From the NCBI GenBank assembly GCA_035084275.1, contig CM068743.1, positions 85,746,001-85,810,000 of the forward strand: 64,000 nucleotides of DNA, written 5' to 3'. A program made the translations under genes and the position numbers. Shown one piece after another: positions 54,101 to 63,193 of the stretch. Each line of letters begins with the position of its first letter. The first letter of the stretch is position 1. The notes below the pieces were generated by a model. The model was given only the letters and a program-made list of their open reading frames with translations. It was not told the origin of the DNA and searched no databases. Origin of the DNA: Hydrolagus colliei (Eukaryota).

Positions 54101-57100
54101 TTGCTTTTAAGGTAGGCATACAAAATCGCAGTTAAATAATTTTGGTAGTTTCTACTAAAAATCATTTGATTATGTAAAATGTGCATTGTAAACATATAAA
54201 CCATTAAATAATCAATAACAACAACAACAAATTACACTTATAAAGTGCCTTTCACATCGGGAGGACGTCCCAAGGCGCTGCACAGGAGGCGTGTGACCCG
54301 AGCTGAGAGGGGGGTGTTCGGGAAGGGGTGAAACAAGTAGGGGAGGTCGAAGAATTCGGGGTGGAACAAAAGGCACGGTCGAAGAGGAAAGTCTTCAAAC
54401 CGGCCTTGAAAGAGGAAAGGGAAGAAACGAGACGGAGGGACTGTGGGATGGAATTCCATAGGGTCGGAGCAGAAAAACTGAAAGCCCGGCATCCGATGGT
54501 GGGGCGGTTCGGGTGGGGGGCTTGGAGCAGGCCAAGTCCTGCTGAACGGAGGGTCCGGGTGGGCTTGTAGGGGGAGAGTAAATTGGTTAAATAGGGTGGG
54601 GCAAGGCCATGTAAATTTAAATTTAAGTTTTTATTTTCATAAGGTAGCCACTGCCTACCCTGCCTACCCTGACTGCATGTCCATGGTTCAGACCCTATGT
54701 TGGCACTTGAGATCATTCTCTAGGCCAGTGGTTTCCAAACTGTGGGGCGCACCTCCCTTGGGGTCCACGTACTGTTGGCTGGGGGGTGATGAGTCGCAGC
54801 CTTTTGGTGGGAGAGCCCCAAAATAATGAAGGAAGAAGCAGAGGAGTTGGTGACAGATCCCGCTAGGGCTGAGCCCGAGCTATTCTCCCCACCACTGAGT
54901 CTCAGCCTCTCCACTGAACGATCGGTGTAGTACTGGTCCCCACCAACAAGTTCACCAGTCAGACTCAGTGTTGTAAATTGTAAATGTAGGTAACTGGTTT
55001 CACAATTTTAATAATTGTTTTCATTTCATTACAATTTTTAACAAGTGAACGTTTTTTGTTAATACTTAAAAAACGAATTAAAAGCAGGTGAAGAAAATAT
55101 TGAATTTACTGTTATCATTTGCGAAAAATATTTAATGTGAAGGAGGGGAAATGCAACAAAACTTTGCTGAGTTGGTGTGGGGGGGGTGGCGCCACAAGTT
55201 AAAGTTTGGAGGCTGCTGCTCTAGGCTAACACTCCAGGTATAGTACATAAGGAGCAGTGTCCCACAAACAGTGGTGGATTGAAGTAAACAATTTTTTTGA
55301 GGGATTATTATTAGTCATTTGGAGTAAGGAAACTTGCCCAATGTTTCACCCTGGCCGGAAATTGAACCCAGGTTTCTTGCTTGCAAGGCAAGTATACTAA
55401 CTACTGATCTACAAGACTCCATATGGGCCTTACACAGTAAATATGTATACATCATTACTTGTGTTTGAAATTTAATTTGTTTTAAATTGAAATAACTATC
55501 TTCCATACAACAATAATAGATAGACCATACTGTGTATCCACTGGATCTGTATATTTGGAAACAATTATAGCTTTCATAACATTTCTGATAGTATGTCAAT
55601 AATAGTATTAATTAGGAAATTTGCTTTAATAATATGCAGATCAATATTAAGCAGTTGGAATTGAAAGTATAAAAATCAATTGTTAATGTTTCTTCCACAA
55701 TTGTGTTAGTCTGTAGGAGAGAAAAAAAAATCTTCCCATTTCTTTCTGCACTATAGTGACTTATACTTCTATGCTCAATACTACAAGGTAAGCACAGCAC
55801 TTGGTTACCTATTTGAAGACAAATATCAAGGTATCTCTTAGTTCTCCAATTAACTGACAGAATGAAATCAACCGATCATTCACTTAATGGCCCTTTTGGG
55901 AGGTTGCTGTGGGCAAATTGGCTGTTGCATTTAATTACAAATACACAGTCACTACACTTTGCATTTAATGTCTGAGAATTGTTTTGAGTTGTGCTCCAGG
56001 CATGATAGGTGCTATATTTGTTGCAATCATTATTTTTATTAATACTAAAAATTATATTACTATAATGTAATGATCTTTCTCTTTGTAATTATCTTCTCCA
56101 AACTTAAAAACCTAAACTCTAGCAGATTCACCCATGTCATCCTGTGTAAACTATCTGCAACACATTGGTGGATCAATTTAACAGAAGATTCTAACAACCT
56201 GAGTTGCATCCTCTGATGGTCAACGGCTCTGTTTGGTGCACGTATTGACATACCTAACAAACACGTCAACAAGAAATGATTTCACTTGTTCTTCCTTACC
56301 TGTTGGTTTACAGGGAAATTTCTGTTTATTTTTTTAATCTGGAAAAGTAACATTGAATTGAAAACTGTTAAATTGTGAATGTTAACATTACTCATACAAT
56401 TAAATAATATTGCTGAATAATATAATCTTCCATCAGAAACAAAATCCATTTATGTCCAGGTAATCTGTTTCATATAAGCCTCTATTGCTCATAGTTTCTA
56501 ACAGGTCTCTTATTTAAGAGATGTGCTTCTGTAATGTTATACAGGTGTTTGCCTGACTTAGTTATCAGAATGTCTGAGTTAGATGGTTGTGGGTTCAAAC
56601 TGCAAATTATGATTGAGTTCATAGTAGGGAACGGCGATTAATCGTTTTTTCGATTAAACCCGATATGATTTTCAGATCGGTATGCCGATATGGTGATTCT
56701 AAAAAAACTGTTATATCGAGAGATTCGATTTAAAAAATATACATCGATATATTTTTAATATCGTACCTGGCAATATATCAATATTGTTGGTATTATCAGT
56801 GTAATGCGATCTTTTCCAGCTTACCTTACCTTACCGCATTGCAACCTCCTAGATCTAGAGCATGGAAGGCGCGTACATCCGATGCGCGCGCACACTTTAC
56901 TGTGTATACTCGACGTGAGTCGTGGCGTCTTAACAAAGTCGCATCGCTGAAAATTGTAGTTTGAAAATTTACCTTTCTCATCATGGGGAAAAGAAGGCCA
57001 TATGGGACTACTTTGAAAACAATGCAGTCAGTAATGGTGTGTATAGATGTACAGTTTGCAAGGTCTTGGTCAAGACATCTGATTCGAGCACGAGCAACCT

Positions 57101-60100
57101 GCGACAACACATTAAGCAGCACCACACCGCCCAGCACGCTGCCCTCAGAGCGAAATCATTGTCGACAACAGAAGGAAGTCGAACCAGCGCTTCGGAGAAA
57201 GCGACAGGTAGTGGGGCCAGTGCAGCTCAAATAATTCCTGCTTTATTTAAGAGGAGAACATTGTACCAGAGAGGGGACAAAAAGTGGCAAAGTATCACGA
57301 ACGCTGTCGCTTTTTGCATAGCAAAGGAGAGCTTGCCAATGGCGAAGGACATTAATTCAGACTTCAGACTACTTAAAAATAAGTGGCATTTTGTGGCTGT
57401 AAGTGTTATTTTTGTGTGTGAGAGAGTTAGAAGCCAGATTAGCACTGCTTCTATGTGTGTGTCTAGTCAGACACACACAGCAGTGATAATCTGGCTTCTA
57501 ACTAACAGTCAGACTGTCTGTCTCTCTCTTTTCTATTGTAATAGATCTCATTTACACGTGGACATTACATGCTACTTTCAAGCAAGAAATGGAGGAGAAT
57601 AAATCTCTAGATTTTGTTTTTGGTGTGTGTGTGTTCTATTTTGTGTTTAGAGAAGGAGGGGAGAAGGAGAGGGGGAAAGTTGGGAGAGAAGGAGAGAGGA
57701 AGAGAGGAGAGGGAGGGAGAGAATGAGAGGGGGAAAGGCGGGAGAGAAGGAGCGAGGGGAAAGGAGGGAGAGAAGGAGAGAGGCGAGGGAGGGAGGGAGG
57801 GAGAGAAGGAGAGGGGGAAAGTTGGAAGAGAAGGAGAGAGGAAGAGAGAAGAGGGAGGGAGAGAAGGAGAGGGTGAAAGGAGGGAGAGAAGGAGCGAGGG
57901 GAAAGGAGGGAGAGAAGGAGAGAGGAAGAGAGGAGAGGGAGGGAGGGAGAGAAGGAGAGGGGGAAAGGAGGGAGAGAAGGAGCGAGGGGAAAGGAGTGAG
58001 AGAAGGAGAGAGGGGAGGGAGGGAGAGGGGGAAAGTTGGGAGAGAAGGAGAGCGGAAGAGAGGAGAGGGAGGGAGAGAAGGAGAGGGGGAAAGGAGGGAG
58101 AGAAGGAGCGAGGGGAAAGGAGGGAGAGAAGGAGAGAGGGGAGGAGGGAGAGGGGGAAAGTTGGGAGAGAAGGAGAGAGGAAGAGAGGAGAGGGAGGGAG
58201 AGAAGGAGTGGGGGAAAGGAGGGAGAGAAGGAGCGAGGGGAAAGGAGGGAGAGGGGGAGGGAGGGAGGGAGGGAGGGAGGGAGGGAAGGAGGGAGGGAGA
58301 GAAGGGGAGGGAGGGAGGGAGAGAAGGAGAGGGGGAAAGGAGGGAGAGGAGACAGGCAGGAGGGAGAGGAGAGAGGGAGAGTGGAGGGGGAGGGAGAGAA
58401 GGAGAGGGGGGAGGGAGGGAGCAAACAACATTGTATAATTCAACAGACCTTGACACCAACATTACAAACTTTCTGGACCTAGCGCACGCATTTCGAAATG
58501 TGCGTGCACCGCGACTGCGCGCGCATCGTCAGTGCGGACGCACCGTCAACGCGCGCGCACCGCGACTGAGCGCGCACCATAAATGCGCGCGTGCCATTAA
58601 TGCACGTGCGCTTCGAATGCACGCGCATGCGCAGTATAAAAACTCGATAGATCGGTTTAAGCAGGTATGAGCAAACCGATATATCCATATCCGGAAAAAT
58701 CCCATATCGCCGTTCCCTAGTTCATAGTCTAGATTAACACTCCAGTTTAGTGCATGGGGAGTGCTGTAATGTCGAGAGTGTGGGACACTATTATGTGCAA
58801 ATTCTGTGCACTGTTATGTTCACCTACAAATGCACTGTCACTATACCTTATAGAAACCTTTGAAATATTTTTGTAGGATAAGGCATTACATAGAAAAAAA
58901 GGCATATTATTATGTGCATTCTATATTTCCTTTGGTAAGATTTCTGCACTAACTTAATACAACGTGAAGGTGTTTGAGAGAGAGCATGTACCAAAGATTT
59001 AATGATATTCTGTCAACCTATTCAGTGTAACTCCTGACTGGTCGGAATTAATATAATGGTCAATACAATAATGAAATATAATCTATTGGAAATGAATGAA
59101 TCCTTTATGTGTTATCAACTCCCTTGAAATGAGAAAGCATCAATTGACAACAAGCACCTTTATCTCAGGTAGCAGCTGGCTAAAATCTTAATGTGGAACG
59201 TTGATTCTGGTAGGAACAAAGGTAATGATAAAATTGAAGCTAAATTGTTCTGACAAACTGAACATTTTTCCACTTCTACCCTCTGAGCAAACTGCAAAGT
59301 ACAAATCAAGTGTGGCACAGAAGAATGGGAAATGCAGCCTCAGTCTCAACTCCAGCCTCAAAATAACTTTGCCTACTGTGTCAACTTGCACAGTTTCAAG
59401 CATTGTGACATGTGATAGAAAAATAGCCAAATGTGTTCCTAGTTGAGGTAGTTTTATGCTTTAGACATTAGGACCTGATTAGGACTTTTCAAGAGTGATA
59501 CAACTGCAGAGAAATCTTTAAGAGGTGGTTCGCTCAGACTTGATAAGATGAAGTCATTCACACAGTGAATCTATAGACAGACTACCCTCAGGTTACTTAT
59601 CAACAATACGGGCGACCCTTACACAAGTAATCCTTATATTTGTGTATGATGGGGAACAGAGGCAATTCGCTTTGTGGAATAATTTAAAGGACATAACACA
59701 TTTCATTGTTTTTAAATGCCTATATTCAATTAGATTCTATATATAACAATTCCTGGAAATAATTACAGAATCTGACCTGTATCAGACTTCAAAATTAATT
59801 GGAAGGATACAATTATGCTTTTGTTTCCAATGAACAGTCTAATTTACATGCTAAGTGTTAAGTTAATGTTTAGCTTATTACTGTCACTTACAATAACAAC
59901 CTCAAAGCACTTATAATATTGCTATTATCTCAAAATACTTCAAGGAGCAATGAGTTTTTTATTATCATGTAACCACTAGCAATCGTAAACACTCAAACAT
60001 GCCTGTGGCTTTGATAGAGAAGCATCACAGTTCACAATATTTTGTATAGCAACCTATTGATTTCCATATACAAAAGAGCTATGGCTTAATGTTTTCTGCA

Positions 60101-61431
60101 GAGCATAAACATACTCACATTGTGCTTGGTAAGATTCGATATGTTAATCGCTATCGCTTGTAGCCAGTCTATACAATCTTCAACAGAGAGGCATTGAATT
60201 ATGCCACTGCACACTCCATCCACAGCAATGACTTGAAAGGCAGTTTGCCTAAAGAGATGTCAAAAGATATGTATGAGCAAAAGTACTTTCATCCAATTAT
60301 TACATCTATGTAGATATGTGTTCTGGCTGTCCTCAAAATCATTCTTAAATATGCAGGTGTCAGTGTTGATAGTGAGTCTTGATTTTTCCCAAGAGGAACC
60401 CAACTCTGCCCCTCACTTTACACCAAAACACATAACCCCAGGAGATTCACTGGTTCAGGTGTCCTAGAGCTTAACAGTTTGAGCCCTCGCCTCGCAAAGG
60501 GAAGACCTGGGTTCAATTCCTGGCAGGGCAAAACATTGGGCAAGTTTCCTTTCTCAACATGCCTCTGTTTACCAAGCAGCAACTAGGAACCCGGTTGTTA
60601 GTCAAATGGCGGATCGCTTTTCCAGGAGTAATAATTCCTTCAAAGTAAATAAATAATATTCGGTCAAACAGCTGTGCACAATTGGCTGTCATGTTGTGCT
60701 CACAAAATATACAGTTAATTCACTTTACAGTATATTCTGTAAAGCGCTTTGAGACAGACGTGATAAGACATTATATCAAATGCAAGGATTATTATTTTAT
60801 TGTTTAACTGAGATGATTTTCCATTTCCAAATCTAGAGCATTAAGCATACTTGTAGCATGACTACTGCCCACTGGCTTAGATCATTCACCTGATAGCTGT
60901 TTGTGGGAAATTCCTGTGCGCAAATTGTCTGCCATATTTTAGACACAAAATACAGTGAATTCACCATAAATCCTGTAAAGCACTTTCAGGCATTACCCCA
61001 ATGTGATAGATGGGATTATTGTATGGTTATACATAATTCTTTTGAATTCTGATTGTTCATCAAGAATATTAGATGAATATTTAACTTAAAATTTTAAATA
61101 ATGAATTGTCATTAATTTCAGGAAGCAATTTAGCATATTGCCTTCCAAGCCCCTTCCCACAATCTTCAGGGCTTTAAAATTACAGCCATCGAATTATTAA
61201 TTCTTGAGCTATCTTGTCTTCTTTGTTGCTCTTTGCAACCTTACATTGTCCCTCTCCGAGCCCCTCCCCATCACCTACATTGCCCAGATTTAAAATTTAC
61301 CTGCAAATATCGGTTCCTGGTACATAGTATGACAGGCGAGAATGAAGAAGTGGGATTAACCTCAAATCACACCACCGCTTCTCCCACTTCAGGCCTGCGG
61401 AAGTAGGCCATGAAGAACAGGATACTGAATC
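27040..61431 (-). CDS. SNTG1: Gamma-1 syntrophin, 3' part: nine coding exons covering the split PH1 C-half, PH2 and SU domain; 5' exons outside the window
   Basis: Exons 61431-61301, 60248-60119, 56338-56300, 52976-52860, 50235-50164, 46839-46687, 43856-43764, 35162-35052, 27171-27040. All have AG acceptors, the eight internal ones GT donors, phases are compatible, 978 nt total. The translation is colinear with recalled human SNTG1 and fits it better than SNTG2. Confidence 0.95.
29375..29730 (-). mobile_element. tRNA-derived SINE, long subfamily
   Basis: Contains the extra internal segment also seen at 44320 and 60471. Confidence 0.8.
30010..31032 (+). mobile_element. Two CR1 3' fragments (30010-30625 and 30765-31032)
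   Basis: RLRGDLIEVFNIIRGFDRV; both end in GCCGAATGG/CCAAATAG...(ATTCTATG)n. A short antisense L2 tail sits at ~30375-30445. Confidence 0.9.
31325..32135 (+). mobile_element. Two adjacent L2 fragments
   Basis: The first ends in GGCGCTCTATAAATGGAAG(TTG)n at ~31790. The second encodes QIIQNSTAYIL...WLPIPQRIEFKILVLIFKALHGLAP. Confidence 0.85.
35052..35162 (-). CDS. SNTG1: SNTG1 exon, 111 nt
   Basis: tttacag|AVLWRYKFSQLKGSSDDGKSKIKFLFQNTDTKQIEAK|gtaat. Confidence 0.96.
35530..35670 (+). mobile_element. CR1 3' UTR fragment
   Basis: Highly similar to 30900-31032 and 38978-39141; (ATTCTATG)2 tail. Confidence 0.85.
36897..37759. mobile_element. Tigger/pogo-like MITE, 863 bp, TA target duplication
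   Basis: TA|CAGTAGAAGCCGTTTATCCG...CGGATAAATGGGCTTCTACTG|TA; imperfect ~26-bp TIRs; no ORF. Confidence 0.88.
38011..40740 (-). mobile_element. L2 cluster: 3' fragment (38011-38620) plus a longer decayed ORF2 copy (38620-40740) interrupted by a plus-strand CR1 tail at 38978-39141
   Basis: IPILKIPSLDSPTLSNCRPISNLPFLSKVLEQVVAAQL...LQSGF...TEIALVKV...LVLLDLSAAF (RT motifs); two L2 tails. Confidence 0.9.
41655..42050 (-). mobile_element. Deu-domain-type SINE, diverged
   Basis: Colinear with 1133-1520 (ATAGTGCCATGAAATCTT...AACATCTCAT...CTTGAACTCACA). Confidence 0.7.
43764..43856 (-). CDS. SNTG1: SNTG1 exon, 93 nt
   Basis: attacag|CKTYPCVLESHLMGLTIDFNMGFVCFDAATK|gtatg. Confidence 0.96.
43884..44027 (-). 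mobile_element. Internally deleted tRNA-SINE (head fused to tail)
   Basis: Minus strand GGAGTCCTGTAGCTCAGCGG...CTGGGTTC joined directly to AATTCACTTTACAG...GGATTATTATTA. Confidence 0.85.
44320..44750 (+). mobile_element. tRNA-SINE, long subfamily, with an antisense tail fragment nested in its own tail
   Basis: Head GGAGTCGTGTAGCTCAGTG; the tail is split at TATAT|...|ATCAAATGCAAG by a reverse-orientation tail piece (~44668-44724). Confidence 0.85.
46687..46839 (-). CDS. SNTG1: SNTG1 exon, 153 nt
   Basis: ttcatcag|DSDLWDRRKYSFSVQTENGEDLLFSLELEYELILWEKAFQTSTFLEVERIQ|gtatt. Confidence 0.96.
46998..48200. mobile_element. Two abutting L2 3' fragments in opposite orientation (minus 46998-47347, plus 47347-48200)
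   Basis: L2 tails point outward at both ends; the plus copy encodes LNGSKTESLLIG...FITSKLDYANSL. Confidence 0.85.
49201..49523 (+). mobile_element. tRNA-derived SINE, full length (reference copy)
   Basis: TGGCTTAGTGG (A box), GTTCGAATCC (B box), CCTTGGGCAAGTTTCCTTACTCC, GTTTGTGGGAC..GCTGT..GCAATTGGCTGCCG, GTGAAAAGCGCTATATCAAATGCAAGGA(TTA)n. Confidence 0.92.
50164..50235 (-). CDS. SNTG1: SNTG1 exon, 72 nt
   Basis: tccttag|VTTWDWTRAVRSYVVYEIMCKILK|gtatg. Confidence 0.96.
51318..51631 (-). mobile_element. tRNA-derived SINE, full length
   Basis: Reverse complement of the 49201 family. Confidence 0.88.
52860..52976 (-). CDS. SNTG1: SNTG1 exon, 117 nt
   Basis: ttgtcag|IIYMGWVDDREADSLQDKLYTTRYLALRGSCLYKFTAPP|gtatg. 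Confidence 0.96.
54216..54612 (-). mobile_element. Young L2 3' end
   Basis: Uninterrupted LHGLAPPYLTNLLSPYKPTRTLRSAGLGLLQAPHPNRPTIGCRAFSFSAPTLWNSIPQSLRLVSSLSSFKAGLKTFLFDRAF; many CpGs; (TTG)n tail. Confidence 0.93.
54726..55218. mobile_element. hAT/Charlie-type MITE, 493 bp
   Basis: 8-bp TSD CTCTAGGC (54718-54725 and 55219-55226); imperfect TIRs CAGTGGTTTCCAAACT and CAGCAGCCTCCAAACT (reverse complement). Confidence 0.88.
55250..55425 (-). mobile_element. tRNA-SINE, 5' two-thirds
   Basis: Head and body of the 49201 family; tail missing. Confidence 0.8.
56300..56338 (-). CDS. SNTG1: SNTG1 micro-exon, 39 nt
   Basis: ttttccag|IKKINRNFPVNQQ|gtaag. Confidence 0.95.
56983..57345 (+). pseudogene. 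Truncated hAT transposase N-terminus (BED zinc finger)
   Basis: AIWDYF...CTVCK...STSNLRQHIKQHH followed by KKWQSITNAVAFCIAKESLP. No DDE or dimerisation domain. The ATG at 56983 is one base out of frame with the BED coding frame. Confidence 0.88.
57648..58421. repeat. ~770-bp almost pure polypurine (GA) satellite inside the hAT element
   Basis: Recurring modules GGGAGAGAAGGAGAGGGGGAAAG(TT/GA)GG; very few pyrimidines on the plus strand. Confidence 0.95.
60119..60248 (-). CDS. SNTG1: SNTG1 exon, 130 nt
   Basis: ctttag|(R)QTAFQVIAVDGVCSGIIQCLSVEDCIDWLQAIAINISNLTKHN|gtgag. Confidence 0.96.
60458..60795 (+). mobile_element. tRNA-SINE, long subfamily
   Basis: GGGTTCAATTCC B box, GCCTCTGTTTACCAAGCAGC..AGGAACC extra segment, shared tail. 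Confidence 0.85.
61301..61431 (-). CDS. SNTG1: SNTG1 exon, 131 nt
   Basis: tttccag|DSVSCSSWPTSAGLKWEKRWCDLRLIPLLHSRLSYYVPGTDIC(R)|gtaaa. Confidence 0.96.
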
Positions 61432-62074
61432 CTGGAAAACAGGACAGTTTGTATTACATTTCGATAGTTCACACTCCTTCTGAATAACTTATTATTCACA
61501 TAACGTTTCTAACAACATATCAAAGTGATAAGAGCATGGCACAACTGCATTGTCTTTCAAGATATGTATTGGAGCAAAGCTTATTTAGGGGTGAAAATTG
61601 GCTCTGGCTTCCTCTAAAATTCTCACACATAGCAAAAGTGGATTAATACGAGAAGCTTAAATCCAGATAACACAACAAAGTTAATTTGCAAAGTACAGTC
61701 ACAGAGCATTATATAGATTCTGACATTCCATTTCCAAGCAGTCGTCTTGAGGCCTGCTTACTACTTTCCCCCTGGGATATTAGCCAAGAAGAGATTAGAG
61801 GAGGAGACAGGCAAGGCAAGAGTATAAAAGCAAAAAAGCAAAAAGTAAATGAAGAAGCATAAAGAGCAGAACTGTTGGACAGGATCCAGGATCTGTTACT
61901 GAGGGAGGAGAGAAAGATATTTAAGAGACGGTACAATTTAAGGGAAAAAAAGGATTGCAATAATGGTACAAACAAGAGAAGGATGGTAATGATAGCCTTG
62001 AGGTTTAAAGGGAAGATATGTACTGTTTATGCATAAAATCCAAGGCTGGAAGTCAGTGATTTGTCTACAGGGAC

Positions 62075-63193
62075 AAAGATTGAGAATAATCAGGAAATAA
62101 TCGGTGACTGTGCAGACCTGGCCTGGAGCAGGTCAACAAAAACAACAACCTGAGCGAAGCAGCTGCGAGCCGTAATCGGTGGCCTCATTGAGCAGCACAA
62201 CAACAACAGCAGCAGTGAGCAGTTACCGGCGGCAACGGTCACGGCAACGACCACGGCAGCCATGACTCCTTCAGCAATCGTCGGCGGTGGTGGTAACAGA
62301 TCCCCGTCTCCCGCACCCCCTCCCAAGCGATGTGAGGAGGAGAGACTTCCCTCCGCTGCCGTCTCTGCAACCATCATCACCACCACCACCGAGGGAAGCA
62401 CCGAGACGCTCCTAGAGAAGCCGGTGCCTCCCCTGAAGGAAGCGCCCGCCTACTCCGCATCCTCCTCCGCCACCTCTACCATCACCAACGATGGTTGCTG
62501 TGATGGGAAGGTGTCGGCGTGTCCCGAAGGCGAGGAAGTTGTTTTTGTTGACCTGCACCATCCAGCGGCAACAAGGGCAAAGACGAGAGCAAAGGCACGG
62601 GATCGGGACAGTTTTCGGGCCTGTAGTCACACTGGGCCCTGTTTTCCAGCCATTTTTGAAGATGGTCCAGGCGGGCGGCGAGGACAAGGAGCGGTTGCTG
62701 GACTTTTTTTGATTGTTATTGTTTTTGTGGTTAATATTATTGCTTTTGTTGTTTATTGTTCTTGATTTTGTTTATTGTTGTTATTTGTTTCCCCTCCCCC
62801 CCGGCCCCTGGCCTTCCCCTTCCACCCTCTTCTTCTTCCCTGACTCCCTTTCCCCACTTTCTCTCCCCCCATTTCCCCTTCTTTCCCTCTTGCCCCCCCT
62901 CTCTCCCTTGTACCCCTCCCCTATTGAATCTATTGTTCGCCACCTTCATCTTCCTCTCCCCCTTTCCTCTTTTCCCCCTTTCTCCCCCGCCCCTATTTTC
63001 ACGACTGTTTGTGGGACACTGCTGTGCGCAATTTGGCTGCCATGTTTTCGCCCACAAATATACAGTTAATTTTCCTACTTTCCTTCCCCAAACTCTGTGA
63101 AGCACTTTGGGATGTCTATAAGACGTAGAAAGCACTATATAAACTTAAGGATTACTTACTTACTTACTTAGTTACTTACTCACTTACTTACTT
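62075..63193 (+). mobile_element. Composite CpG-rich retroposon-like insertion ending in a SINE-like 3' domain and (TTAC)n tail
   Basis: GC-rich low-complexity ORF region, then a T-rich tract, a C/T tract, CACGACTGTTTGTGGGACACTGCTGTGCGCAATTTGGCTGCC...GGA(TTAC)n. The 5' boundary is uncertain. Confidence 0.55.

Larger units (their letters stand above)
56625..58719 (+). mobile_element. Non-autonomous hAT (Ac/ZBED1-like) transposon, 2095 bp
   Basis: Perfect 14-bp TIR TAGGGAACGGCGAT, perfect 8-bp TSD GTTCATAG (56617-56624 and 58720-58727), CGAT(AT) subterminal repeats, BED-finger ORF. Confidence 0.95.

Noticed and set aside
57607-58670. Six long overlapping ORFs (148-315 aa) rich in E/R/G or P/S/L
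   Set aside because: Artefacts of the stop-free GA/CT satellite; no domain content.
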